Of a stretch of DNA of 64,000 nt, positions 24,945 to 39,131 are shown one piece after another. Under the pieces are notes generated by a model, which did not search any database, was not told the origin of the DNA, and worked only from the letters and a program-made list of their open reading frames with translations. The stretch is from NCBI RefSeq assembly GCF_039654945.1, contig NW_027361686.1, positions 6,386,001 through 6,450,000 on the forward strand, in the 5' to 3' direction. Made by a program: the position numbers and the translations under genes. Every line of letters starts with the position of its first letter. Within the stretch, counting starts at the first letter, position 1. Source of the DNA: Dendrobates tinctorius (Eukaryota).

Positions 24945-26835
24945 CTAGCTCCTTCTTCTCCTTGGAAGGGTGGGAGTGGTGGGTTGCGTAACCGGCTTGG
25001 TGGTGGCGGTGGACGGCCATGTACTTTCCGTACCCATCATGGTGGTGGCGCTGGACGGCTGTGTTGTTTCCATTACCGGCATGGTGGTGGTGGTGGACGT
25101 CCGTGCAGGACCAGGACTCGGCGTGGTGGTGGAGTGGCTTTCAAAAGCACATGGTATGGTGGTGGCGCTGTAGTGGTGTGCGGCAGGACTAGGCATGGTA
25201 GTGGCTGTACAGTGATATGCAGCAGAACTCGGAATTGAGGTAAAACGTGTGGATGCGGGTAGTATCGAGCCTGCTGCATAGCCTGAACGTAAGCAGCATT
25301 GCAGGCCTGCATCACATTGAGCTGGACATCAGGCATAAGGTGTTCTGACATGCCCCGCTCGATCGCAGAAAAAAAATGGTGTGCTGGTCTCTGGGGGACG
25401 GCTTCCAGATAGTCAAGGCGTTGGTTGACAGCCTGGAGAAGTGTGTCAATATGGGCTAAACCACTTTCAATTCTATCTCCCACCACCTTCAGGCTATTCT
25501 GGAAGACCGAGCTCAAGTGAAAAAACTCGGGCATGAGTGTCCTGTCTGAGGCCTTCTGCCGCTGGAGGGAAGACCCAACAAAAAAAGAGGCAGAGGCCTG
25601 GGACAGGGGAACACCAGATGGACCAGCTGCCTGTTCTCCAGCCTGTGACACCGGCCCACTTGCTGCATCACTGGTGGATGGCTGGGACTGGTCCGAGGCT
25701 GTTCACTGAAGGACCGCTCCAGAGGATGATCCATGTTCGAGGGTGCTGCTCCAGGTTCTGTGAAAAGAAAAGAAAAGGAAAACATTACTACGAAAAAATA
25801 ACAATTGTTCAAGCGCCAACTCCTGTGGAATAGAAAAATTCAGATTAGGGAATACAACACAATGGAATACATCACAAAAATACTTACGCTTTCTGAGCAA
25901 GGACAGGTCTCAGGAAAGCCAGCATCCTGTGATACTTTAATTTTCTTATCCTTGCTGCAGCTCCACTGTGAACTTGGATCTCCTGTCTCAGGTCCTTGTG
26001 AAGCGATCCTTCATCGAACGCCAACGGGTTCTGACTTTGTTCACTGTGAAAGGGAAAAAAGGGTTAAACAATGCACTTCAGGCTGGAGGAGCTTATTGCA
26101 TCACACACGGTTATGTGATCCAGGCCTTACAGGTTCACTGCCTCATCGGGCCACTTTGCAATACTTACGAAATTCCTTTCTGACTCGTGGTGTGGCGTTG
26201 TCCCAGTCATCCATCATCACTTGGGCCACCTCATTCCACAGACGCCGAATCACCATGTTGTCCGAGTGTTGCTGCTTCCGGGTGTCCCATAACGCAGCTC
26301 ACTCCTGCACTAATGTGATCAGGAGGTCGTTGCCCAGGTAGTCCTCTTCCCATTGTGAAATCTAGAAATGAAAGAAAGACATTAATGTTGGAAAGATAAA
26401 ACAATTAAAAAAAAAAAAAGAGAAAGAAAAAACAGTCAATAAAAACTATAAACAGTGAAGGAAAAAAAAAAAAACCTTACACGCAGTCTTGCCATCGGAG
26501 CTTGGGCCTGAGTCTGCTGCTCCTGATCCTGCTCCTCTACACTTGTTAAAGTGGTCTGTAAAAGAAAATACATGATTTTGCCACATATGTAAAGTGACAG
26601 TGAATACTTAACAATCAGTTGCAAATGTACTCACTTCAGACTCCTGTCCAGTGTGCTCGGTGTGCTCTGGACTTGAGGCCATGGTGATATGGTAATGAAT
26701 GCTGCAAGAAAGAGACAGAAATGATTACAGACTGCAGGGAGAAAAACGGACACACAGACGTTAGCTTGTATACTCACATTTTGGTAAATTCTGTGTCTTC
26801 AAATATTTCTTCCACAGTCTGGAGTCTTCCAATGT
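24945..26835 (-). pseudogene. Harbinger Myb/SANT-like (MADF) DNA-binding partner gene, multi-exon, disabled
   Basis: MADF motif DLLITLVQE*AALWDTRKQQHSDNMVIRRLWNEVA...W..MKDRF. GT-AG-bounded exons lie at approximately 26778-26835, 26635-26701, 26481-26555, 26169-26361, 25888-26043 and 24945-25757. The tail is S/T/P-rich. Confidence 0.75.
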
Positions 26836-26839
26836 CTTC

Positions 26840-29640
26840 CACTGTAGGGATAGCAGTGTGGGCAGGTCAGAAATTAGTTGGTGAGGAGGCAAATTAAAGT
26901 ACTGCAGCAGCAAAGCTAGTCTGGCGAAAGAAATGTGCGCTGACATGCAGTACCTGTCACGGACTCACTGACCAGTGCGACACGACCCAACGATTCGTTG
27001 GTCACCAAACAGCAAAACAATCATGGGAACTCCGGAGACACAATTACAATGGTGGGCCCTGCGATAGGGAAAGGGGAATGGACACCTCCTGCACTCTCCA
27101 AAGGATGTGCCCTGATCTCCCTGATGTCCCTATACAGGTTTTTTCAACCTGTAGCCAAGCAAGATACCTTAGACTTCATTTGCCCTACACCTATCCCTAA
27201 GTAGTGAATTGGCAAGTGAGCACACTGGTACCACCGCTGAACTAATACAACACAAGGTAAGGATAAACAGACAGCAAAAGGAACAGGGTAACAAAAATAC
27301 AATACTTAGCTTTCTGCTGTAAAGCACAGCACAGCAGAATCACAACACCAGATACACCATCAATTGCTGAGGCACCACTGCTCTCAGTAAGCTCCTTCCT
27401 CCAGTAAGGTGGCTGTAGCATGAACTCTAACACCAAAGGTCAGCTGATGCATCAGGTGACCTTTTAAGGATGGTGGGAGTGGTCACCACCTGCATCAGCA
27501 AACTCCACAGCAATCTAATTAAACCAGCGGCCACCGGGGGGAAAACAGACATTAACCCCCGATGGCCTGAAAGGAAAAAAGTTTATATGTGAGAATCCAG
27601 ATCTGCCACAGATCCAAAAATGGATCATGACAGTACCTTGGCAAGTAGGTCAGGCAAGTCTGGGTATATTTTTAAAAAATGGTCTTCAACCAAGTTCAGC
27701 ACGTGGGCCATGCATGAAATACCAGCTTGCCGAGCTTTAAAGCCGCCACCAACTTACACCCACTATCACACACAACCAAACCTGGTTGAAGGTTCAGCAG
27801 GGAAAGCCACTGATCAGATATCAGTTCTTTAATCCCCTTAAACAGCTTGGCTGGGTTATGAGCTTTATCACCTAAATAGATGAGCTTCAGCAGAACGTGC
27901 TGCTGCTTCGCCAAGACAGTGCTACAGACCTCCCTGCTGGGGAGAGATGGGGAGGCTAGTTCAGCTGAGCAGGAGGAGGAGGGATAGGAACTGTAATATG
28001 AGGAGACTGAAACCCTGATGGACATAGGGACTGCTATTCTTGATGTGGGTAGGATGTGTAATGTCCCAGTATCTGACTCTGTGTCAGACTCCACCAGGTT
28101 CAGCAAGTGTGCCATAAGGTAAATGTAGCATCTCTGTCCGCAAGAACTTGTCCATGTACTTGTGGTAAAGTAGACATTCCTTGTGACTGCGTTAGCCAGA
28201 GCCCAGCTGATATTGTGTAACACATGCTTATGTAACACATTGACGGCACACCTGGAAAAATAGTGTTGGATGGGAATCAAGTACTGTGGTGCAGCGACCG
28301 CCAAGAGGTCGTGGAAAGGCTCAGCTTCCACAAGTCAAAACAGCAACATTTCTAGGGCTACCAATCTGGCAATGTGGGTGCTTAGAATTTTGGACTTTGG
28401 GTGGGTGGATATTTCTGCTTTCTGTTAAACTTCTGTGGCAGGGACAAGTTACTGCTGTGCTGGTACAATGAACTGGACGAGGCTGCTGACTGTTGTATCT
28501 ATGCAACTGCAGGTCGTGGGCAGGAGGCATCAGTGCCTGCTTCATGGACAGCAGATTGGGAAGGATGTAACACAGGGGAAGGGGTAGAGTTTTCACCATC
28601 AGACAAACATTTTGCTCCCAGGCGTTCCGCCCACCTACTGAGGTGCTTGGCAGCCATGTGCCTTTGCATGATGGTGGTGCTCAGGTTGACAGTGTTCTTG
28701 CCTCTTCTTAGCTTATTTTGGCAGATGGTAAAAATTACAGTTGTTTGTCTGAAGCCCTTTCAGAAAAAACTGCCATACAGGGCAACAACACAGCCTTGGC
28801 CTATTATCTAGCCGAGTAGAGAGACTGTGGAAGAGTTGATTGAGTCTCCCTCTGGTCAAACCACTACCTCTTCTTGCCTGTTTTCTTGCTAGGGATCCAT
28901 CCATCTCTGCACTGTTGTGCCACTGTGCCAGGTTGGATCAGTGGCCTTTTCATCGACCACGTCGTTTTCCAATTCCTCAGTCTGATCCTTCTTCTGAGTT
29001 GCGATTTGAGGCTGACGTAATGCCAACTGTACGCCATAATTATCCTTCACCTCTTCAGACATGAATTGACCTTCCCCAATGTGGCTTTCTCCTGGTATGG
29101 GTGCTCAAATGTTTGGGCATCATTGCACTCCATCTCCTCATGACTCTATTTAATGGTGCATATTGAGAGGCCAGACAAATTATGATGGAATGTCAACAGT
29201 TCCTCAGAGTGGCCAGCATTGGGGTAATATGTCACCTGGGACCCTTGATGGTGGGAGGAAAGAGGACCAGGTTGAGGATTCAGAGGCCCAGCCTTTTGGC
29301 TACTTAGACTGGACCATGTGGAAGACTTTGCGGTGCTGCTTGTCAACACACTGGAGCCTTTGTCTGCTATCCAACCCACAACATCCTCGCACTTGTCTGG
29401 GTTCATCAGTGGTGTATCGTGCTGATCACATTTTGATAGGAATCTAGAATGAGATCCATTCACCTTCTGATCTGGAACACGGCCTTGAGAGGCACCACCA
29501 CATCCACGTCCCTTAACATCACCTTTTCTCAAATTGAATGCTTTATGCTTATGAAAAAAAAAATTGGTGCTTTTTTTGACAAGTACCCTTATAGAGATGT
29601 TATGTATAAATTCAATATAGCTAGCAATGTGTGGCAATTT
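26840..29640 (-). pseudogene. Decayed hAT (BED) transposase
   Basis: AEPFHDLLAVAAPQYLIP..HYFSRCAV, VYFTTSTWTS, KQQHVLLKLIYLGDK, VVCDSG, and a BED remnant (CTICQNKLRRG...HMAAKH). Many frameshifts. Confidence 0.85.
26955..27632. mobile_element. Solo LTR inserted in the decayed hAT
   Basis: TGTCA...TGACA termini; perfect 5-bp TSD GTACC at 26950-54 and 27633-37. Confidence 0.85.
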
Positions 29641-29724
29641 TTTTTAAGATATCAGTTTTGATACACACGTCAACAGGAGACTAATGAAAAATAGAGGTAA
29701 ATAGACACATTTGCATTTCACATT

Positions 29725-30760
29725 TCACCTTATGTGTTGGACTGTTTCTGAGGTTTCTTTGCATTATCTGCACCTTGGGTCTTGTCTTGTGTGGTAGCTT
29801 CTGTGAATCTGGTACTTAGTGCTTGCTCTTGTGACGCTATGATTAATGCCTCTGTGCTGTCTCGGAGTCCAGCTTTCTCTAGCCATTGGTAGGATTTCTG
29901 CATGTCTGCCACCTCCATTACATTATCTGTCGATGGTACATTCCATGCTGCGGCATGTCTTGCCATGGCGCTTCATGTTCCTGTTCTTCCTTCCAAATCT
30001 GTTGTTGTTGCTGCCTTAAGCTGGGGTCATGCATAGCAACTTACCAGCGATCCCGACAACGATATAAACGTGTCAGGATCGCTGGTAAGTCGCTATGTGA
30101 TCGCTGGTGAGCTGTCACACAGACAGCTTCACCAGCAATCAGCACAGCGACGTCAAGCGCGCGGCATCGCTGTGTTCGTTAGTTACCAGCGCGCTGATGC
30201 AGGGAGCTGGTAACTAACGTACACATCGGGTATCCAAGGGACGTGCATCCCTTAGATACCCGATGTGTACATTAGTTACCATCTCCCTGCATCAGCGCGC
30301 TGGTAACTAACGTACACATCGGGTATCCAAGGAACGCGCGTCCCTTGGATACCCGATGTGTACGTTAGTTACCAGCTGATCGCTGGTCTCCCGCCTGTCA
30401 CACGCAGCGATGCGTGCTGGCCAGCGGGAGATCAGTGACGAAAGAAATGTCCAGAGGTTTCTTGCAGCGATCAGCAATACCGGCAGGGGGGCTGGTCGCT
30501 GATCGCTGTCATACACAGCGTTCTCGCTGGTGAGATCGCTGTTGTGTCACAAAACTTGTGACTCAGCAGCGATCTCGCTAGCGAAATCGCTATGTGTGAC
30601 GGGGCCCTTAGGCTTTCTCTTATCATCTCATCTTTTGGTGGCATTTTTCTGTTGTATTCCTGGATACTCATTGTTTCATCTATGATGGTGGTTTGGATAC
30701 TTGTCAAGCCTCAACCACCCTCCTTTCTGTTGGTATACAATCATTGGGTGTTAGACTTAT
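29725..30760 (-). mobile_element. R4/Dong (Rex6-like) non-LTR retrotransposon fragment, post-RT region
   Basis: EGG*GLTSIQTTIIDET..., KSYQWLEKAGLRDSTEALIIASQEQALSTR and a downstream CR*C..SETVQH zinc-knuckle remnant. Split by a MITE. Confidence 0.7.
30019..30607. mobile_element. Harbinger-type palindromic MITE
   Basis: TTA TSD; removing it restores the ESLRQ frame of the host. It has nested inverted repeats rich in CAGCGA/TCGCTG. Confidence 0.75.
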
Positions 30761-31625
30761 ATACAGCATATGGGGATATATTATAAAATTGATATATACG
30801 TTTTTGATTTTGAATTCGTACATACAATTTAGATAATACATATACTTTAAGAGGTTTCCCTTGCCCACGAAAGGGAAATCTCTTATAGGGAAGATATTAC
30901 TTACTGTACATTTCAAAATCTTATTTTTTAAAGTAGATTTTTCAATCCATGTGTGATAATCTTGTGTATTTTGATATTTTAAAGAATAACTGCAAAATAA
31001 AATTTTTGAATAATATCTTTTGCATTTTTAGGGCATTCATAAGGTTTTTCAATGTGTGTAAGAAATTTTAGTACAGCAACTCTGACATAATAAGTAGCTG
31101 ACCTTGTGCAATTGTCATTACTTACACTACCAGGCTAGGATGTGTTTAACAATATGATTTCTTTGCAGGTTGCCCTCAAGGGCACCTGAATTCTCTTGGA
31201 TGTCAGCATTCTATGACAAAGTGGCATTGATCACATATACTGCTCAAAAAATAAAGGGAACACTTAAACAATAGAATATAACTCCAAGTAAATGAAACTT
31301 CAGCAAAATCAAACTGTCCACTTAGGAAGCAACACTGATTGACAATCAATTTCACATGCTGCTGTGCCAATGGAATAGACAACAGATGGAAATTATTGGC
31401 AATTATCAAGACACCCTCAATAAAGGAGTGGTTCTGCAGGTGTGAACCACAGACCACATCTCAGTACCAACGCTTTCTGGCTGATGCTTTGGTCACTTTT
31501 GAATGTTGGTTGTGCTTTCACACTCGCGGTAGTATGAGATGGACTCTACAACCCACATAAGTGGCTCAGGTAGTGCAGCTCATCCAGGATGGCACATCAA
31601 TGCGAGCTATGTCAAGAAGGTTTGC

Positions 31626-33347
31626 TGTTGTGAATTCCCTGGTTTTGATTTCTGAACCGAAGCTCCCTCTGCTCCCTCTGGTGGTTACTGAGAGTAGTGG
31701 AGCTGGCCAGGTTAATAGAAGTTCCCCACCTGATGACGATAATTGGGAACCTGAGATTACTGGCTGGGAGCATATAATTAAGCTGGCTGCTCTTGGTGGT
31801 TGCTGGTGATTTCCTCCTTGTGCATTTGGAGTTCTTTTGTCCCCTGCCTGATCTGCATGGTTCAGTTAAGTGATTCTTTTGCTAATCCTTTGCATCTAAT
31901 CTGGTTGTGCCTTTTTTCTACTTTCTGCTTGGTTGCAAAGGTTCAGCGTGCTCCCTGCTGGGGGAGCGCTGGGCCCTGCTTCATATGTTACTAACATAAC
32001 AGGGGACTGAACAAGCTGTATCTGTTAGGCATTGGATTCCTGCAGCTGCACGCAGGAATCCAGAGCCTTGCATCCAGCGCAGGCTGTCCTGCAGCAAGCC
32101 ACTCCAGAGGCTAAGTTCTCTCGTCCCGCTACTGGGCATGCTCACGCGACGATCTCCCATTGGAGATCGGGAGTCACGTGCTCAGGTCCTTCTGATCTGA
32201 TTGGTCCATTTCAGAGATCTGGAAGTTCCCTGCAGCGCACAGTTATGAAAGGCCCGCATGGCCACTCGGCCATGCGCTAGCATAGACTCTTCTTTCTAGA
32301 TGTGTGAATGGTGATGATGTATGATTCTGGTGACTGACTTATTAAGATTCCCCTCCCTCTGATATTACGCATGTAGATAGGGAACTATAGAAAGAGTCAG
32401 CGCCAGTCAGTGGCAAACCTTAGGCCACTGTGCAGACCGCACCTCTACACTAGTGTCCGGTGGTGTCACTTCTCTCATGGCACTATCGCATAGTGGCTGT
32501 GTCTGCCGCTGCATTGCATTCAGCAGCATTTACCGATGTCCGTAGTAGCGACGCCGCACGCACGGTAGGTCTAGACGGATGCTGTCCCCTGTCTGGGACC
32601 CATGTCCTGTGACCTGATACCGTGCGTGCAATTTCTCTGAGACCTGTGAGTCTAACAGGCTCAGTGTTTCTGTTTATGTTACAGTGCCTCTGTGAGTTAA
32701 CAGAGTCCGCTCTGCGCACATCGGGTGACGTTGAACCCATACGCATTATACCGCCATATAGCGCGTCTGCCATTGTCTAGCAGCGGTTTTAACACCTACT
32801 GCACGGTGGACCCCGGACGGCGAACGCACTTTCTATTATTTTATATTTAGTGCATTCCACCGTCCCTAACAGTATCTTTTTGCTTTGCTTCCAGTTTATA
32901 CCAGAGTGCTGATCTAGCGGGGGTGAGGTCGTGTGGCCTCAGTTTTTTTGTATATCAGAAGTGTTGGCTTTTTAGGGTTTTGTGCGTGATTGCAGACAGT
33001 ATCTTTTCTGTCCTGTCCTGTCTAGACAAATTGGGCCCTACCGTTTGCTCAGTCTGTTCTCTGCCTGTGTTTGTGTCTCATCTTGTCTCACCGACAATAT
33101 ATGTTTGGGGGCTATCTATTCCTTTGGGGTCTGCTCTGGGGCAGTTTAGATTTCACCTTTCTGTCTTTAGGCTTAGTTAGTTCTCCAGGTGTGACAAAGC
33201 GTCTAGGGCATCGTAGGAACGCTCCGCGGCTACTGCTAGTTATGTTGATAGGTTCAGGGGTCTGCAATTTGCTTAGTTACCAACCTCTCTGATCTTCTGG
33301 TGGTTTAGCCTGTTCCTGCCATCCTCCTCGGTGACCCATTCATAAAA
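31626..33347. mobile_element. Solo LTR (same family as 1334-2246) inserted in Tc1
   Basis: GTTTGC is duplicated on both sides; strong similarity to 1334-2246 at both ends. Confidence 0.8.
32022..32871. mobile_element. Solo LTR nested inside the 31626-33347 LTR
   Basis: TGTTAGG...CCTAACA inverted termini; perfect 5-bp TSD GTATC. Confidence 0.85.
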
Positions 33348-34139
33348 GTTTGCTGTGTCTGTTAACGTAATGTCCAGAGGCTGGAGGCTCTACTAGGAGA
33401 CAGGTCAGTACACCAAGAGACATGGAAGGGGACATAGGAGGGCAACAACCCAGAAGCAGGACCGTTACCTCCGCCTTTATGCAAGGAGGAACAGGAGGAG
33501 CACTGCCAGACCTCTAGCAGGCCACAAATGTGCATGTGTCTGCACAAACGGTTAGAAATTGACTCCATGAGGATGGTAAGCATGCCCGACATCCACAGAT
33601 GGGGGTTGTGCTCACAGCCCAACACCGTGTGGCCCTTCATAGAAATGCCACCCCACACCATTACTGACCCACTGCCAAACCGGTCATGCTGAAAGATGTT
33701 GCAGGCAGCAGATCAATCTCCACAGTGTCTCCAGACTCTGTCACGTCTGTCACCTGTGCTCAGTGTGAACCTGCTCTGTGAAGAGCACAGGGCGCCAGTG
33801 GCGAATTTGCCATTCCTGGTGTTCTTTGCCAAATGCCAAGCTTCCTGAACGGTGTTGGGCTGTGAGCACAACCCCCATCTCTGGACATCGAGCACTCAGA
33901 CCATCCCAGTCGAGTCAGTTTCTACCCATTTGTGCAGACACATGCACTTTTGTGGCTTGCTGGAGGTCATTTTGTCTCAGGCAGAAAGCTGCCTGCGAGG
34001 AAGAGGCTGCTGGGATGTGCTGCTGCTACGGGGAGGTGATCTGTGCTGTGTGTCTGTGTGCCTGTGTATGTGTATGTGGTGCGGTGCTTCATGTGTGAGG
34101 GTGAGATAGTGATGTGGTGCTTTGTGTGTGTGTGTGAGA

Positions 34140-34580
34140 GAGAGGGGTGGTGGGGAAGGATAATGATATTGGTGGGGGAGGCAATGATGGAGGTGATGGG
34201 CAATGATGGCAGTGGGGGAGGCAATGATGGAGGTGATGGGCAATGATGGCAGTGGGGGAGGCAATGATGGAGGTGATGGGCAATGATGGTGGGGGAGGCA
34301 ATGATGGAGGTGATAGGCAATGATGGTGGGGGAGGCAATGATGGAGGTGATGGGCAATGATGGTGGTGAGGGATGCAATTGATGGAGGTGATGAAATGGG
34401 CAGTGATAGTGGTGGGGGAGGCAATGATGGAGTTGATGATGGAGGTGATGAAATGGACAATGATGGTGTTGGGGAGGAGGTAATGACTGAGGTGGTGGAA
34501 TGGGCAGTGATGGGGTGGTGGGGGAGAATGATAGGGAAGAAGGCAATGATGGAGGTGGTGATGAGGACAATGATGGGGTG
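34140..34580. repeat. G-rich minisatellite (ggggaggcaatgatggaggtgatgggcaatgatggt)
   Basis: Tandem ~36-39-bp units. Confidence 0.9.
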
Positions 34581-35280
34581 GAGAGGGGCTGCATTATACT
34601 TTATGAGGGGGCTACATTATATTCTGTGGGGGGACTGCATTATTCTCAGGGGATTACATGATACATCATACTTTATGAGGGGGCTACAGTTTACTCTATG
34701 GGGTGCTGCACTATATTCTGTGGTGGGGCTGCATTATTCTCTCAGGGGACTACATTATATTCTGGGGGCTACATATTACTATATGAGGGGGCTACAGTAT
34801 ACTCTATGGGGGGCTGCATTATTCTCTCAGGGGACTACATTATATTCTTGGGGGCTACATATTACTGTACAAGGGGGCTACAGTATACTCTGTGGGGGGC
34901 TGCATTATATTCTGTGGAGGGGCTGCATTATTCTTTCAGGGGACTACATTATATTCTGGAGGGCTACATCATACTATTAGAGGGTCAGCAATATGCCCTA
35001 TGAGGGGGCTACAGTATACTCTATGGGGGGGCTGCATTTTACCCTATGAGGGTGCTACATTTTATTCTATGGTGGGAACTGTGTTATACCTTATGGGGGG
35101 GTTACATTATATTTTGTGGGGTGCTGCATTATATTCTATGAGGTGGGGCTGCATTATATTTTATGAGGGGGGCTACATTATTTTATGAGGGGGCTACGTT
35201 ATATTCTATGAGGGAGGCTACATTAGTATATTCTATGAGGGGGCTACATTATATTCTATGAGGGGGCTATCCCTCTATGA
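34581..35280. repeat. ~23-bp minisatellite (gggggctacattatattctatga)
   Basis: Diverged tandem units, followed by a likely element end (ccagtccgacgttg, ~35460). Confidence 0.9.
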
Positions 35281-35707
35281 TTCTATGATTCTACCCCAAC
35301 CCCTGTGACATAATTAAGATGTGTACTACCTTATATTATACCCTGATATTAGCGTGTTTTACCACACAATTGGTGGTCTTGTATTTATTTCTACGTAGCT
35401 ACATAGTGGGCCCCAAGAATGAGTTTCTCTGGTGGGCCGAAGTTGCTCCAGTCCGACGTTGGCTGAGCTTCACGGACGAGTCACAGTAACCGTAATGGGG
35501 AACCTTCAGGTAACTTCTAGCTGCCATTGAAAGCCATTAATTCTCTAAAATTACATTGTGGGTGACCACTCCATTTAAATGTTGCAGTCTGATAGTAGTC
35601 TAATTTATTCGGCCGTCTGGCTGCGCCCTTAAACTGCACAATTATCATGAAATGAGTGTTCCTAGGAATATAATAATCATGCAGTGTAAATGTTCCATTA
35701 TTATGTA

Positions 35708-37342
<1,635 letters not shown>

Positions 37343-38043
37343 TACATTTCCCACAACAGACATTGGCATTTGTCAATGCTGATTTCTCTTGAGCTTTTCC
37401 ATTATGGTAAAATCCACATCAAATCTGGCATGTGAGAGCCTATTATGCACTAACCAGTAACACAGAGGACGTGACAGACAATAAATTAAAAAAAAAACAT
37501 GGTAAAAAAGGATATGATAACACATACTTGAAAGAAAAAGAAAAAGCCACTGTGCAGAGGTTATAATGGAGATCACTTCAATTCTGAGAGATTATATTTG
37601 CAGAGCATGTATCCTGGTAAATACCTCAACGCTAATTGAAATAATTGCTGTAATCTTATTTACACTAGGAACATAACACACATCATAATGAAAAAAAAAA
37701 TAAAATTGTGCACGCTGTGATACAGAAGCCGGTACCTGTGAACTACATGGACTTATACTTCCTGTAGTCGGTGTAACACTCCCAATCCCAGGCGATTACG
37801 CTGTTTAGTATTCCCCACAAATAGATCTCCATCCAGTTCTGCTTCTTGTGCACCCCTTCTCAGGAAGAACAGCCAAAACATATGTAATGGGGGTCAGTTA
37901 CAGTCTGGAGCTTGGGTAGATATGACTTTCTGTAACCTAATATTAAGTTTTGCCTAAATTCTAACCATATTCAGTGCACTCCTGTTACTGCCCCTGGTCT
38001 GTCTGCTGGCAGAGTGTTTGGCATTATGCTATTATAGCCTTAT

Positions 38044-38260
38044 GGTCGAGGTCACACTTGTGAGTGCAATGCAAGAAACTTGCGCGAGTCTCTCGCCTCA
38101 ATAACCGGCACTGCCTCAGGTGGTTCATATCAGAATGTTCAGCTGCACAGAAATACATGCAGTTGCACGCTCTGGACCCGAGTGCCGGTGGCAGTGCTCG
38201 GTATTGAGGCGAGAGACTCGCGAGTTTCTTGCATTGCACTTTGCAAGTGTGACCCCGGCC
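38044..38260. mobile_element. Harbinger-type palindromic MITE
   Basis: ggtcgaggtcacacttg...caagtgtgaccccggcc with ~70-bp inverted arms. Confidence 0.7.
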
Positions 38261-38494
38261 TATCTCTGACATCCGAACCGTCTGCTCTGCACGACACACT
38301 TGGGACAGGCTCCAGCATTGCATTTATATATCAAGCACTCAGCACCTTGTTATTCACATATCTTTATTCTGCATACTATTTTTTTACTTTTGAAATGTTC
38401 ACTATGATGTGTATTATGTTGCTAGTGTAAAGATTGCAACGACTATTTCAATTAACATTAAGGTGTTTACCAGGACACATGCTCTGCATATTGA

Positions 38495-38874
38495 GGGTAC
38501 GTGCACACGCTGCAGATTCCAGTGCGGATTTGGCCGCGTGGATTTTGTAAAATCCGCAGGTAAATCTGCAGGTCAAAAGACTTGTGGTTTTACCTGCGGA
38601 TTGGTCTGCGGTTTTGCCCTGTGGTTTTTCATCTCCTCATTGGAGGAGATGGCAAACCGCAGCAGAATCTGCAGAAAGAATTGACATGTCAATTCTTTCT
38701 GCGGTTTCAAAACCGCAGAAAAACCGCGCAGAAAAATCCACACTGTCTACACAGCGGTTTTTTATTCCCATAGGGAATAATGGTACTGTACACGGCAGCA
38801 AAAACTGCTGCGGACCCGCAGCGGCCCAAACCACTGCGGAACCGCAGCAGAATCCGCAGCGTGTGCACACAGCC
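38495..38874. mobile_element. Harbinger-type MITE
   Basis: gggtacgtgcacacgctgcagatt...aatccgcagcgtgtgcacacagcc termini, CCGCA/TGCGG subterminal repeats and TWA-like flanks. Confidence 0.7.
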
Positions 38875-39081
38875 TTAATCTCTCAGAATTGAAGCTATCT
38901 CCATTATAACCTTTGCACAGTGGCTTTTTCATTTTCTTTCAAGTATGTGTTGTCATCTCCTTTTTTATCATGTTTTTTTTTAAATTTATTGCTGAATGAA
39001 AATCGTATTTTTTTCAGACATCACTTTTGTAGTTGGAGGATCTGTTTCCTACATCGATTCTTAAATCTGGCATGTGGTGAC

Positions 39082-39131
39082 TAGTGATGAGCGAGCATAG
39101 TCGTTCCAACGAGTATACTCGCTCATTAGTA
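39082..39131. mobile_element. 50-bp hAT micro-MITE
   Basis: TAGTGATGAGCGAGCATA...TATACTCGCTCATTAGTA flanked by a perfect 8-bp TSD, GTGGTGAC (39074-81 and 39132-39). Confidence 0.85.

Larger units (their letters stand above)
22243..26840. mobile_element. Decayed PIF/Harbinger transposon (convergent transposase and MADF genes), right end lost
   Basis: Left end GGCTAGGTTCACAT followed by AAACGC/GCGTTT subterminal repeats; two-gene tail-to-tail layout. Confidence 0.8.
31240..33970 (+). mobile_element. Decayed Tc1 element hosting nested solo LTRs and an internal inversion
   Basis: TIR-like ACTGCTCAAAAAATAAAGGGAACACT; VAQVVQLIQDGTSMRAMSRRFAV resumes after 33347; the segment 33630-33970 is on the opposite strand (VMVWGGIS). 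Confidence 0.75.
37480..38990. repeat. Old fold-back element: ~230-bp diverged inverted arms (37480-37705 vs 38375-38990)
   Basis: For example, aagccactgtgcagaggttataatggagat vs atctccattataacctttgcacagtggcttt. The right arm is split by the MITE at 38495-38874. Confidence 0.7.

Noticed and set aside
33967-35188. Long Pro/His-rich and Gly/Met-rich ORFs
   Set aside because: They are translations of minisatellites, open in several frames.
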